This document shows, piece by piece, positions 19,357 to 29,773 of a stretch of DNA of 64,000 nt (within the stretch, counting starts at the first letter, position 1; the number at the start of each line of letters is the position of its first letter). Location: positions 1 through 64,000 of the IMG/VR virus record IMGVR_UViG_3300025000_000080. One strand, 5' to 3'. The translations under genes were made by a program, and so were the position numbers. The notes beneath the pieces are model-generated. The model did not search any database. It was not told the origin of the DNA and was given only the letters and a program-made list of their open reading frames with translations. The stretch is from an uncultured virus (IMG/VR IMGVR_UViG_3300025000_000080). Taxonomy: Duplodnaviria; Heunggongvirae; Uroviricota; Caudoviricetes.

Positions 19357-19955
19357 CGCCGTTTCTCCGCACGAAGAGTTTTGCCACTCCGTCTGACGGC
19401 AGGCTCCGGGACCTTCACCAGACTCGGCCCATCGGCCCGTTTGCCAGAGTCGATGACTTCGGGCTTCTCTTCCAGTGCCGGTGCCGGCGCTTCGGCCGAG
19501 TCGTCCCAGTTGTCACTGGACGAAGGCGCCACCGGTTCCGGTTCGGGTGCGGTCACGACGGGCTCAGCCACCAGCACTTTCTCGGGTTCGACGATGGGCG
19601 ATTCACTGAGACGTCCCACCCGCTTGGTGTCCACCATCGCGTCCTTCGGAATCGCAGCGCTTACCCGTTCCCCGGTCGCCTGTCGCTGCTGTCGCTGCAG
19701 GGCGAGTCTCTTGGCCATGGCCTCGGACTGCTCGAGGTTGATGACCTGCTCGTGGGTGAACACCTCGAACACTGGCGGGCTGTTCGGGTTCAGCACATTG
19801 CTGCGCTTGTTGCGAAGCCCCTCGCCAAACACGGTGGACACCTTGTACCACCCGTCGTGGTTGTACTCGAAATTGGTACCGCCGATGGTGTAGTTGCTCG
19901 GCTTCGGTTCGTTGGGACCGACACGACGAATGCGGACATAGAGGGAATCGGACAT
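19353..19955 (-). CDS. Hypothetical protein with Pro/Glu-rich tail
   Basis: ATG at 19955 (MSDSLYVRIRRVG); collinear with operon. Confidence 0.6.
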   Translation of the reverse strand: MSDSLYVRIRRVGPNEPKPSNYTIGGTNFEYNHDGWYKVSTVFGEGLRNKRSNVLNPNSPPVFEVFTHEQVINLEQSEAMAKRLALQRQQRQATGERVSAAIPKDAMVDTKRVGRLSESPIVEPEKVLVAEPVVTAPEPEPVAPSSSDNWDDSAEAPAPALEEKPEVIDSGKRADGPSLVKVPEPAVRRSGKTLRAEKRR

Positions 19956-19992
19956 GAAGAAAATCCTTTCACATACACAGGTTGAGAGAAGG

Positions 19993-21204
19993 CTACGCGT
20001 TACCCACCAGGGACTCGTAGCCGGTGCCGGCCGTGGCCACACCACCGGTAAGATCGAGTACAGTTTCGAGCGTGCCGGAGAAGGTGTTGAGCGTCCGGGA
20101 CGCACCCTTCCGAGACGTGGTGAGCGCCACCTTCGTCCCACCGCTCACGCTCGGGACTACGCCCAGCCGGTTCAGCCCGGCCTTCTCGAGCATGGTGACC
20201 ACCTCGGCTGCGGTGGCTGCAGTGGCGTCAGTGGCGTTCGCGGTGGCGATTGCACTGGTAATGGGACAGGACATCGCCACCCCATCCAACTGGAAGGCAA
20301 ACGTCTTCCCGCCGTTCACGTTGTACGTCTGGGCGTTGTTGGACACGATCGAACGTGCCGTCGCGGTCTTTCCGGCCGCCAGGGCGTTGGTCCTGAGTTC
20401 GTTTGTAAGGGTCACCAGGCTTGCTGCCGTCGCGCGCAGGTTAGTGACGTCGGTCGCGGCCAGGTTGTGATCCGTGGCCAGCGTGTTGGTCTCGGGTGCC
20501 GAGATGTGGAAGTAGTTGCAGACGCCCTGGTTATCCGCGCTTGCCGCCGAGAACTCAATCGTCACCACCAGATCCAGTGCTCCATTGGTGGCGAAGGTGT
20601 TTGTCGGCAGCGAGACGCCGGACACTATCGGACTTCCGGCTGCGCTGGGCTCGCAGATGTAGCCGTAGCCGATGACCGGCACGGCTGCACCGGGAGCACC
20701 GGTCGCCACCATTTCGAAGTCGCCCACGACGAAGTCATTGTTGGCAACGTCGATGGCGCCGCTGTCGAGCAGGATGGTCCCGGCCACACCACCCAGTCGC
20801 AGACGTACCCGAGCGGTGTCCGCGCCATTGGTGGACGGGAAATACGCCCCGAACCGCACCTTGAAGACCTTGCCCGACGTCAACGCGTTCGTAGCGATCG
20901 TCAGCGTGCGAGACACGGTCTCAGCGACAGTGTCCGTGACCGTTGTTCCGCCCGTCACCGTGGCCAGAGGGTTCTGAGCAGCGGGAATCGACCCCTGCAC
21001 AGTCACCGCTGCCGGCGCACTCACTGCCGCCGTGGCGGGCTTGGTGTGCTGAATGCCCGAAATATCGGTCACCAGGTCCCGGATGACTGCCGCGAGCGAA
21101 GCACGATTCGGCATGTCTGCCGGCGCATCGCTCAGGTTCGCACCGCCTGCGAAGTGGCTCTTTCGAACCAGCGTGCGAACGACATCGCCAAAGAATCCCT
21201 TCAT
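19993..21204 (-). CDS. Putative head decoration / structural protein
   Basis: Ala/Thr/Gly-rich; directly after capsid gene; GGAGAG RBS. Confidence 0.6.
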   Translation of the reverse strand: MKGFFGDVVRTLVRKSHFAGGANLSDAPADMPNRASLAAVIRDLVTDISGIQHTKPATAAVSAPAAVTVQGSIPAAQNPLATVTGGTTVTDTVAETVSRTLTIATNALTSGKVFKVRFGAYFPSTNGADTARVRLRLGGVAGTILLDSGAIDVANNDFVVGDFEMVATGAPGAAVPVIGYGYICEPSAAGSPIVSGVSLPTNTFATNGALDLVVTIEFSAASADNQGVCNYFHISAPETNTLATDHNLAATDVTNLRATAASLVTLTNELRTNALAAGKTATARSIVSNNAQTYNVNGGKTFAFQLDGVAMSCPITSAIATANATDATAATAAEVVTMLEKAGLNRLGVVPSVSGGTKVALTTSRKGASRTLNTFSGTLETVLDLTGGVATAGTGYESLVGNA

Positions 21205-21230
21205 AGATCTCTCCCTGTAACTGAGGAGAA

Positions 21231-21251
21231 CGGGGGCGTGTTAAGCCCCCG
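21231..21251 (-). terminator. Hairpin after major capsid gene (weak terminator or stabiliser)
   Basis: CGGGGGC/GCCCCCG stem with only a weak U-tract. Confidence 0.4.
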
Positions 21252-21265
21252 ACCCGGTCAGCGAA

Positions 21266-22207
21266 TTACGCAGCCAGCGGCACTCGAACTTCCGTTGCCT
21301 TTGCAACGGCGTCCTCTTCCTCGTACTGCACGGCCATACGAAGGGTCACCACCACGATGATCTCATCGCTGCTGATGTCCTCGTCGGTCTTGATGCTGAC
21401 CTGGCGCCAGAAGCCGATGAGCATGTTCTGTCGCGGGGACAGGAGAACGGTGGTCTGGTCGCTGTTCGTTCCCAGCGTCTCGAGATGAACATCGACCGGC
21501 ACCAGCGGAATGCCGCTGTACTGGATGCGCTTGTTCTCCAGCAGGTAGGCGTCCATACCCACCCGCTGACCGAACGTGTTCCTATACTCGACCTCGGCAT
21601 TCCATCCGGTGAGGAAGGCCATGTCCTCGAGACTGCGCCGGTACTGAACCGGGATCTGCCTGAGCAGGAGACGCAACACATCGCCGGAGAGTTCGGCGTC
21701 GTTGGCGTCGTAGGTGTGGGACGTCGCCAACTTCACATACCCGTCCATGACGGCCAGGTAGGTATCGGAGCTGGTCGTGTCACCGTTGACCGCGAGTTCG
21801 TCGAGATCGCGGGGGACGGCGTCGAGCAGCCGGTTCATGATCGTGGTCCGGAGGTTTCCCCGCTCGATCGAGTCCTCGAGGATTGCGGTGTCCAGCCGAA
21901 CCTCGGCCTTGAGGTACTTCGAATCGAGTTCCACCTTCTCTGTAACAGGCTTGGACCGGTCGTTCACACTGAGAGCGGTTCTAGCCGTGCCGGCACGCAT
22001 GACGCGAGTGGTGAAGCCGATCTTCTCGACGAGCTGCTTCGGCGCGTTCATGGTCACGGTTCGCGCCATCGGCAGGACCACGGCCCGTCTGAGGATCTTG
22101 GCGACGAACTTTGCCGCCTGTGCGGGCTGGAGCACACCTCCATTACTGGTGAGCTCACCGAGCGCCATATCGGCTTTTTCGAACAGAGAACGGAAATCTT
22201 GTGCCAT
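21266..22207 (-). CDS. Major capsid protein (HK97-fold, XkdG-like)
   Basis: GGVLQPAQAAKF, LEDSIE, DLDELAVNGDT, YEEEDAVA. Confidence 0.9.
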   Translation of the reverse strand: MAQDFRSLFEKADMALGELTSNGGVLQPAQAAKFVAKILRRAVVLPMARTVTMNAPKQLVEKIGFTTRVMRAGTARTALSVNDRSKPVTEKVELDSKYLKAEVRLDTAILEDSIERGNLRTTIMNRLLDAVPRDLDELAVNGDTTSSDTYLAVMDGYVKLATSHTYDANDAELSGDVLRLLLRQIPVQYRRSLEDMAFLTGWNAEVEYRNTFGQRVGMDAYLLENKRIQYSGIPLVPVDVHLETLGTNSDQTTVLLSPRQNMLIGFWRQVSIKTDEDISSDEIIVVVTLRMAVQYEEEDAVAKATEVRVPLAA

Positions 22208-22269
22208 CTGAAATTCTCCCATCAGCAAGAGCGTTTAGCTCAACAGCGCAGCAATCGAAGCGGCTGCTA

Positions 22270-25200
22270 TTACCAGGAATCGTCGTCGTCCGACGCCTTC
22301 TCCACACGGGGACGGCCCGTGGCGCCCGCGACCTTGTAGGATCGGCCCACGGCGTCGACTTCGGCCCACGGATCGGACTTCTCGGTGTTCTGCTTCCCGG
22401 CGTCAGCGTCCGATGTCGTGGTGTTGCCACCCAGCCCGGCATCCTTCAGCAGCGCAGCCTTTGCAGCGGCGTCCTTCTCAGCTGTGGCCTTATCGGTCTG
22501 GGCCTTATCGGCCTGGGCCTTCAGCACGGCATTCTCGTCCTTCAGTGCCTGCTGGGCCTTGGTGAAGTCGGTCATCTGTGCCTTGAGCGCTTCCATCTCG
22601 GCCTTCAGGGCAACGGACGGGTCGACTGCCGCGTTCTCGGTCTTCTCCTTGAGCGCGTCCGCGTTCTCGGTCTTCTCGGCCTTCGGCTTCATGGAGCCAC
22701 CGCACGAACTGCAGAACTTGGCTTCCTTGGTGTTCATGGCCTTGCAGGACGGGCACGCCATGTCAGCCTTTTCCGTGGTCTTGTCGGCTTCGGTCTTCTC
22801 GGTCTCGGTCGGCTTCGTGGTGGTCTTCTCGATCTCGCTGATGAGCAGACCGACGCCGCCGTGAACGTCCTTCAGCGCCTGGACGGTTGCCGTGGGGTCC
22901 TTCTGGTGGTTCTCGCGCACGAACTGGGCGATACCCTTGAGTACATCCTTCATGTCACTCTCCCGGATGGTCGATTCAAACTCTTTGAGGAAGCTGTCAG
23001 TCTCACTCTGTGCCGGACCACCAACGATCCAGTCCCAAACGCGCTTCCACATACTCTGCTTTGAAGTTGACACGTCACTTGACTGACTGTCAAAAATGCG
23101 AGTCAATGCTTCAGACTCGAAGTCATCGCCCGACTTGAAGACACTGAACGACTTCACACCCTGGCCTGAATTGGCACCTCGATTGACGAAGGATACTTTC
23201 CAGACCTCCATCTCTTGGAGTTCTGCGTTCTGCTTCATTTTCATGGCTGGAGGTTCACTCCCCTGGACAGGCTTTGCCGTCCCTGCGATGGACACATAGC
23301 CGTATTCACCTGCCTCAATGGACTTCCAGAGGCTGTCATCCATGATCTTGGCAGACTGCATCCATGTGCCTTCGGGTGCCGTGGTATCACCCGACTTCAC
23401 CTGCCAGTTCTCAACGACTCGCGCGTCTCGCTTGGCATAGTCGTGGTCGGCATCGAATTCCTGACTTTTCTCCATCCAGAAGGTCATGGCGTTGTAGATC
23501 GTCTCAGGGGACATCCAGTCCCCGTGAGTGTCCTTCTCGTATGGCCGATAGACCTCGTAGGAAACAATTCGATTGGGTGCGTCGATCTTCAGGATGGGGA
23601 CGAGTCGCACCGTGTTCCCATCTGCGCCCTTGTAGGTCTGTGTTCGGTTTGGAATAGGTAGTGCGTCGATCTTCGCTTCGAAGTCCGCGACCGCTTTGAG
23701 TACGGACGCCTGCGTCATCTCGGCAGGCAAATGTTTCCAGTCGGCCAGGACATCATCCAGATCGGTCTTGTTGAACTGCTTTGCCACCGGCTTGAACGAG
23801 ACGACCGCCTCCACCTGGGTTACGTTCGAGAAGGTGATTGAGCCATCTGCGGACTTGGTCCAGTCGGTCTGGTAGAAGCCATCATTGCGATAGTTGTAAA
23901 CGATAATGTATGTCTCGTAGACACCGTCCAAACTGGCCGGGCAGTAGTCATGATCCGTGGGTCCGAAGATGCCTGTAAGTCCTGCCTTCTTCACCGCATC
24001 GTACATGTCACGCCGGAATACTTCGACCGATTGTCCGGCCAGATCGATCTTCTCTGTCTGTACGGTGACGGACTCAGGAGGCTTCGGCGGCTCCACCGAA
24101 ATGAATGACGTGACCGCCTTGACTTCCTGGACGTCGCTGAACGTGATCGTGTCGCCGTTCCGTGCCCAGCCTGCACGGTAGTACATCACATCGCGGTAGT
24201 TGTAGACGATGACCTCCGTCTCCATGACCGCGTGGATGTAGCCGGGATAGTAGTGGTCGCTGTGATTATAGGTTCCCCACAACCCATCTTTGGCAGCGCT
24301 CGTAACGGCCCGCTCGAGTAGCGCCATGAAGTCCTGAATGGTTCCGCCACCCAGATCCAGTTTCGCGACCATCTCCTTGGCGGTTTCCTGTACCTGCTCA
24401 TCCACGCGCCGCTTCAGATCAGGGGCCAGAAGAGTCTTCACCAGGGTGCTATCAGGGTCGACCGTGACACCTTCCTGGAGTGCCCTTAACACGATACGGC
24501 TGAACACGATCTTCCGGGAGCGAGGCTTGGTATACTCCTCGTAATTGGCGGTGAATCGGGACAGGGCGTTCCGCAGTCGCCCCTTCGGTATGAGCGGATA
24601 CTTGAGATTGACAGGATCCCCGTAGTCCTCGAGGCTTATGGGGAACCCTTTGGGAAATCGAAGGTTGGTACTTTCGAGAATCTCGATGGCGAACCGTCCG
24701 GCTCGGGCCTGCTGTGCGGCTTTCGCCTCGTCATCGGTCATGTCGGCTGTCGGCTCATCGGCCTTCAGTGTCGGCTCGGTCTTGACCTCACCACCCGAGG
24801 CCAGCGACTCGACATCCACGATCTCAGGAACAATGGGACCACCTTCCACCGGCTTATTGGTCTTACGCGGAGGCTTAGCCTGCTTGGGCAGCGGGACGCC
24901 GATGTAGGCGGTCACGCCATCACCGAGTGGAAGCGGATGAAAGCGGGGATTGCCTGACTGGAACTTGCTCTCGGCACGGATGGTAGCGACCCAGCGGTTC
25001 CCCGTCTTGGTGATAGCCTCGTCATCTTCGATGGCGTAGAAGTTGGCAGCAAGCCACTTCTCGACGTCCTCCACCGACAGATAGGTGTCGTCGGAGAAGT
25101 CGAGCCGATGGAGTCCGCCGACAGAGTAGGTGTCCTTGATAACGATCGCAATGGCGTCTTTCATCGTTTCTGCGAGCTCCTGTGCCTGGTTGTCCCACCA

Positions 25201-25488
25201 CTTTGCATCCGATGGCCCCAGTATTCCCCAGAGTGCCGTTGCCACATCAAGCGGGACTGGGTCTGCCTTCCTTGCGTCGATCTTGCTGACACCATTGGAG
25301 TGGTGCCGGGAATGCCATGCGGAGGCTTCCTTAACCCAGTCATCAGACGGAGTCGTGTCCCCGTCGACTACTCCCTGAGCACGACGCACCGTTTCAGGCT
25401 TCAGCCCGTCGCCGCTAAAGCCCTCGCTATGCCACTTCAGACCGACTTTGAAGGCACGAATCATTCGGGCGGGAAATTTGTCTGCCAT
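22270..25488 (-). CDS. XkdF-like prohead protease / scaffold polyprotein
   Basis: VYRPYEKDTHGDWM..DH..VVENW..GTWM..GEYGYVSIAG XkdF-type core; Ala/Lys/Glu-rich coiled C-terminus; directly upstream of capsid gene. Confidence 0.82.
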   Translation of the reverse strand: MADKFPARMIRAFKVGLKWHSEGFSGDGLKPETVRRAQGVVDGDTTPSDDWVKEASAWHSRHHSNGVSKIDARKADPVPLDVATALWGILGPSDAKWWDNQAQELAETMKDAIAIVIKDTYSVGGLHRLDFSDDTYLSVEDVEKWLAANFYAIEDDEAITKTGNRWVATIRAESKFQSGNPRFHPLPLGDGVTAYIGVPLPKQAKPPRKTNKPVEGGPIVPEIVDVESLASGGEVKTEPTLKADEPTADMTDDEAKAAQQARAGRFAIEILESTNLRFPKGFPISLEDYGDPVNLKYPLIPKGRLRNALSRFTANYEEYTKPRSRKIVFSRIVLRALQEGVTVDPDSTLVKTLLAPDLKRRVDEQVQETAKEMVAKLDLGGGTIQDFMALLERAVTSAAKDGLWGTYNHSDHYYPGYIHAVMETEVIVYNYRDVMYYRAGWARNGDTITFSDVQEVKAVTSFISVEPPKPPESVTVQTEKIDLAGQSVEVFRRDMYDAVKKAGLTGIFGPTDHDYCPASLDGVYETYIIVYNYRNDGFYQTDWTKSADGSITFSNVTQVEAVVSFKPVAKQFNKTDLDDVLADWKHLPAEMTQASVLKAVADFEAKIDALPIPNRTQTYKGADGNTVRLVPILKIDAPNRIVSYEVYRPYEKDTHGDWMSPETIYNAMTFWMEKSQEFDADHDYAKRDARVVENWQVKSGDTTAPEGTWMQSAKIMDDSLWKSIEAGEYGYVSIAGTAKPVQGSEPPAMKMKQNAELQEMEVWKVSFVNRGANSGQGVKSFSVFKSGDDFESEALTRIFDSQSSDVSTSKQSMWKRVWDWIVGGPAQSETDSFLKEFESTIRESDMKDVLKGIAQFVRENHQKDPTATVQALKDVHGGVGLLISEIEKTTTKPTETEKTEADKTTEKADMACPSCKAMNTKEAKFCSSCGGSMKPKAEKTENADALKEKTENAAVDPSVALKAEMEALKAQMTDFTKAQQALKDENAVLKAQADKAQTDKATAEKDAAAKAALLKDAGLGGNTTTSDADAGKQNTEKSDPWAEVDAVGRSYKVAGATGRPRVEKASDDDDSW

Positions 25489-25513
25489 GAATCACCAAAT
25501 AGGTTTTGAGTCC

Positions 25514-25543
25514 ACGGTAGCAGGTAGGCAGGAAGGGCGTCAA
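25514..25543 (-). promoter_or_regulatory. Candidate promoter TTGACG-N18-(TGC)TACCGT for head-tail operon
   Basis: Read directly in the intergenic gap. Confidence 0.4.
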
Positions 25544-25556
25544 AATCGGGCAGGAA

Positions 25557-26969
25557 TCAGACGATCACAGGCTGGAGTGTAGACCGACACAACCCGTGCA
25601 GTGGAGGGGGCCCTATGCTTTGGGAGAGGATATCGTTGACCTTATCCGTGTACTCTCCCCGGTCGTCCCTGTTCCCCATCCCTGACCGGGAGATCTCAGC
25701 GAGAACGGTGTCTGTCCCGTCCTTGCCACGGACGAATATCTCCTTCTTGCCGTCGTCGAGTTGTCTCTCTCTGACCCATGGATTCTCGTACTTGACGTCC
25801 ATCGGATCATCGAGGGACTCGAGCCCTTTGAGTAAATCAAGCGCGCGTCCAACATTAACAAACTTGCCGTCAGCCCATCTACACTGATCGCTGGTCCTCT
25901 CGTCCAGTATAGCTGTAAAAATTGCCGTCTCAATTCCAGCTTTACTGTAAGTGCTCAGGTGTCCATAGGCTTCAGCCCTCACCGTGTAGGCATTGGCCAC
26001 AACGCGATAGTAGTTTGGATTGCCTCCCCGGACCTCGAGCCATCTGGACAGGTCCTTACCGATCTCGTCACCCGATAGCCCCTGTTCGAAGCCCCGAGCG
26101 GTAATGGAGCGTGCGGCTTCACTCCATTGGGCTGAACGCTGTTTAAACTGGTCGGTCACGAAGTTGACGGTGGACTTTCGAAGGAAGTTCACCGATGCTT
26201 TGTCCACAGCGTCGAACGTGGCTGTGATGGGACCGTTCGAGGGGACCTTGCTCCCACCTGGCCCCCATTCATACTTCTTCGCGTCCCAGGCTCGTACAGC
26301 CTTGACCACGCGCATTCCGTGCTGCAGGAGTGGAGAGGCGAGTAACCCAGCGAAGGCGCCTCCTGCCTTGGTGAACCCATCGGCGATGGCTGTGATCTGC
26401 TTCCCGAGTTCGACTTCGCCCAGCGCTACCCAGTCAGTAGACTCCGCAATCTCCACGAGTTCAGCCACGGTGGCGTCTACCGTGCCCTTCGCCAACTTCG
26501 CCAGTTTCGCCACAAGCCGCTCGGTTTGCTCGTCCTGGGGGAAGATGTCATCCGCCTTCTGAATCGACGTGGTGAACCCCGCAGCGGCCATCATGACGTC
26601 GATATCAGCGATACCCGAGTTCAACCTTGCAAGGATGTCGGTGTAGTCGAGCGTGACCGCACGCTTGTAGATCGTCCCCTTGCCGTTACCCTCTACGGCG
26701 TAGGCCAGGGTAACAGCGGAATCGGGCGCAACGGCTTTCTCAGCCAGCAACTCTGCATCGACGTAGGATAGACCGGCCGCAAGACGCTCCACAGACACGA
26801 CGTCACCGTCTCGCTCTGTAACCAGCACCCATCCTTGCCGGCCCACCGTTCGCCCACCCAATGCTTCCCTGGCGTCCTTCAACGTGGCGACACATCGGAC
26901 AGGCGAAGCGACCAGATAATCTGCGTCAATTACCCGTGGTGCTGACTTGCTCAATCTGTGCATGCACAT
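25557..26969 (-). CDS. Head morphogenesis protein (SPP1 gp7/Mu gpF family)
   Basis: AILDERTSDQCRWADGK and PPLHGLCRSTL motifs; GGAGG RBS before ATG 26969. Confidence 0.85.
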   Translation of the reverse strand: MCMHRLSKSAPRVIDADYLVASPVRCVATLKDAREALGGRTVGRQGWVLVTERDGDVVSVERLAAGLSYVDAELLAEKAVAPDSAVTLAYAVEGNGKGTIYKRAVTLDYTDILARLNSGIADIDVMMAAAGFTTSIQKADDIFPQDEQTERLVAKLAKLAKGTVDATVAELVEIAESTDWVALGEVELGKQITAIADGFTKAGGAFAGLLASPLLQHGMRVVKAVRAWDAKKYEWGPGGSKVPSNGPITATFDAVDKASVNFLRKSTVNFVTDQFKQRSAQWSEAARSITARGFEQGLSGDEIGKDLSRWLEVRGGNPNYYRVVANAYTVRAEAYGHLSTYSKAGIETAIFTAILDERTSDQCRWADGKFVNVGRALDLLKGLESLDDPMDVKYENPWVRERQLDDGKKEIFVRGKDGTDTVLAEISRSGMGNRDDRGEYTDKVNDILSQSIGPPPLHGLCRSTLQPVIV

Positions 26970-27031
26970 ATCACGCCTCCTACGACCTATCGTACCGGCA
27001 GGACTTTTTTCCCGCAAACCGTAGTAAGGTG

Positions 27032-27060
27032 TTGAAACTTTAAAATAGCCGTTGTATACT
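27032..27060 (+). promoter_or_regulatory. Promoter TTGAAA-N17-(TG)TATACT for helicase
   Basis: Direct reading; spacer contains the TAAAATA box seen at other phage promoters. Confidence 0.6.
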
Positions 27061-27086
27061 CGTATCTGACCACTACGGAGGAGCGG

Positions 27087-28724
27087 ATGCCGAGCGATTG
27101 GACGCCGAGTAAACACCAGCGAGCGCTGTATGATTGGATTGACAACGGCATGGGGCATGCTGTTGTGAAAGCGGTCGCAGGATCAGGGAAGACCTCAAGC
27201 ATCGTCCGTGCGCTCGAGCGTATCCCGTCTCGGTGCAGCGTCCTTTTCGTCGCGTTCAACAAGGACATCGCTGACGAACTGGCGCGACGTGTCCCTGCCC
27301 ATTGTCAGGCGAGAACGCTCAATTCGTTCGGCGTCAAGGCTTGGTTCTCGTGGGCCAGGTCGTACCCGGAGGTCAACAAGCACAAGACTAGTAACCTACT
27401 CCGGTCCATTCTTTCTTACGCTGAAGGTGATGCCTACGGAGCGGAGATTGAGACCTTGGTAGCACTGGCTAAGAGTCATGGTGTCGTGCCTGCCGGCGCT
27501 TCTCACTTTCAAGGGCTCATGCCCGACTGTCCCGAGACGTGGAAGTATTTCATCGAACGGTACGGGATCGCCATCAAGGCGCAGGACCGCGACCGGGCGA
27601 TGATCCGTGTGAGCCAGGTATTGAAGGAGGGGATCAAGACATCCCGGTCGGTCATCGACTACGACGATCAGCTTTATATGCCCGTCATCGCCGGCGCAGA
27701 TTTCCCGCAGTTCGATTTCGTCTTCGGGGATGAGGTTCAAGACTGGTCGCCTGTTCAGCGAACGATGATCAAGCGTGCGCTCAAACCTACTGGTCGCTTC
27801 ATTGGAGTAGGTGACGAAAATCAGGCCATCTATGGCTTCAGGGGCGCTGCTTCAGACTCCATCGACAAGATCATTGAGGAGTTCAGAGCCACCGTTCTAC
27901 CGCTCAGTGTGACATACCGCTGTCCCCGTTCGGTTGTCGCTCTGGCTCAGAAACTTGTGCCGGAGATCGAAGCGGCTGCAAACGCAGTAGAAGGTGTTGT
28001 CGAGTCGCCATCGTCATACCGAGTGAGCGACTTCACGCCTGCTGATCTCGTGGTCTGCCGCTGCACAGCGCCGCTGGTGTCACTCGCCTATCGAATCATC
28101 GGTCAAGGTGTCCCTTGTCGCGTACTTGGCAAGGACATCGGTCAGGGACTCATCACCCTGATCGACAAACTCGATGTCAGAACCATCGACGGCCCAGATG
28201 GGCTGTACATCCGCCTTGGTAAGTGGGAGGACAAGGAATCCTTGAGTTTCGCACTGGCTGACAGACCGGGGCTTGCCCAGTCCGTTCACGACAAGGCTGA
28301 CTCCCTACGCGCCATTATGGACAGCCGTCATGACCTTGAGACGGCGGCCAACCTCAAGGATGCCATAAGGACGACGTTCGCCCCCGAGAACTCAAAGGCG
28401 AACGTTCTGACCCTGGCCACCATCCACAAGGCCAAGGGGCTCGATGCTGATAACGTTTGGCTGCTCAATCCCGACTTGCTGCCGGGCCGATGGGCGACAC
28501 AAGACTGGGAACTCCAGCAGGAGAGAAACCTCGAGTACGTCGCATACACCCGGGCAAAGCAGGCTCTACGGCTCATCAGTGACACCGGACTGTGCGGGCA
28601 GGATGGACGCCCGCTAACGGTTAAGAAGCGGCCCAGTAAGGAACCTAAGCCGCTTACGCCGTCACAGAAGGCAAGAATCGAGAACGAGATATTCGGTGCG
28701 CTCAAGGTGGGCGCCCGACGCTGA
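27087..28724 (+). CDS. UvrD/Rep-family SF1 helicase
   Basis: AVAGSGKT Walker A, DEVQD, VGDENQAIYGFRGA, TYRCP, TIHKAKGL, YVAYTRA. Confidence 0.95.
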   Translation: MPSDWTPSKHQRALYDWIDNGMGHAVVKAVAGSGKTSSIVRALERIPSRCSVLFVAFNKDIADELARRVPAHCQARTLNSFGVKAWFSWARSYPEVNKHKTSNLLRSILSYAEGDAYGAEIETLVALAKSHGVVPAGASHFQGLMPDCPETWKYFIERYGIAIKAQDRDRAMIRVSQVLKEGIKTSRSVIDYDDQLYMPVIAGADFPQFDFVFGDEVQDWSPVQRTMIKRALKPTGRFIGVGDENQAIYGFRGAASDSIDKIIEEFRATVLPLSVTYRCPRSVVALAQKLVPEIEAAANAVEGVVESPSSYRVSDFTPADLVVCRCTAPLVSLAYRIIGQGVPCRVLGKDIGQGLITLIDKLDVRTIDGPDGLYIRLGKWEDKESLSFALADRPGLAQSVHDKADSLRAIMDSRHDLETAANLKDAIRTTFAPENSKANVLTLATIHKAKGLDADNVWLLNPDLLPGRWATQDWELQQERNLEYVAYTRAKQALRLISDTGLCGQDGRPLTVKKRPSKEPKPLTPSQKARIENEIFGALKVGARR

Positions 28725-29718
28725 ACATGTGGAGGAAGTTGAAGTGATAGCGGAAAGCCCTTACAAAATTCTGAGAATCAAAGAAGACGAGACGCGAGAC
28801 AAGGTGGATGAAGCCTGGCTCCGACTCGTCACCGATTACCACCCCGGCCGTCCAGTGGAGGACTTGGACGAATACCAGAAGGTGATGAAAGCCTATCTGG
28901 AGATCACAGATCAGACCGCCGACTACATCACCGTAGACGGCGTGTGTGACTGGGCGCCGGTTCACATTAGAAACGAGATGTGGCGTGCGGAGGACATCCG
29001 GGAGGGAAAGGATATCCAGGCAGGCTCCATCGACGTAATGAGGGAGTGGATCACAGCCCTGCCGGACTACATGCCGAATGAACGGCTCGAGAAACTCCCC
29101 GGCTTCGACGTGCGGTCCATCATCGACCGGCTGCTCATTCAGCCGGAGTTCAAGGACGCCGGACTTCCAGAAGACCCTCGGGCGTTCCGCATTCTCTGGC
29201 GGAACAGCAAGTGGGTATCCAAGGGTGCGGTGGTGTTCGGGAGCCTGAGCACGGTCAGCAAGAAGGACCGGAACCTCTGGAAGGAGGGCTACGTCCCCTT
29301 GTGGACGATGACGCTCAGCCTTCCCGCCTGGCTGCTGATGGAGGAGTGGGAGAAAGAGCGACTGGTTCATCACGAGATGGGGCACGCGGACTTCGACGTG
29401 GACGCGGCCAAGGCGAAGACTAAGGGCCACGACATGGAAGAGAACCTGGCCACCATCGCCCGGTATGGTGCCAGGGACAAGGGGCATGCCTGTGTGATCG
29501 CTCACGCCAATGCCCATCCGAGGACCATAGAACTCATCCAGGCGGCGGGATGGGCGGATGGGCAGGGACTTCTATTCAAGCCGCTCAAGCGTGACGAGCG
29601 AGGCGCCGAACGGGCGATGATGGGCAGTGCCACGATTTTGACCGGCTCGAAGTCGGTGACCCTGACCAGTAAGCAACTCGACATGGTGGACCAAGCCATC
29701 TCGGCCCGTCACCTGTAG
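28696..29718 (+). CDS. Degenerate J-domain fused to phage putative metallopeptidase
   Basis: PYKILRI..YHPG..KAYLEI (J-like); LVHHEMGH..GHDMEE (HExxH); start may be GTG 28729 or 28744. Confidence 0.7.
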   Translation: MRSRWAPDAEHVEEVEVIAESPYKILRIKEDETRDKVDEAWLRLVTDYHPGRPVEDLDEYQKVMKAYLEITDQTADYITVDGVCDWAPVHIRNEMWRAEDIREGKDIQAGSIDVMREWITALPDYMPNERLEKLPGFDVRSIIDRLLIQPEFKDAGLPEDPRAFRILWRNSKWVSKGAVVFGSLSTVSKKDRNLWKEGYVPLWTMTLSLPAWLLMEEWEKERLVHHEMGHADFDVDAAKAKTKGHDMEENLATIARYGARDKGHACVIAHANAHPRTIELIQAAGWADGQGLLFKPLKRDERGAERAMMGSATILTGSKSVTLTSKQLDMVDQAISARHL

Positions 29719-29773
29719 CCTACCCACAGCGGCATGGTTCTCTGGTCACGGCAATCTGGGCCATGCCGCTGGT

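Noticed and set aside
18838..21360. Long plus-strand ORFs (351 aa, 468 aa)
   Set aside because: Antisense shadows of minus-strand structural genes in GC-rich DNA; no RBS or recognisable motifs
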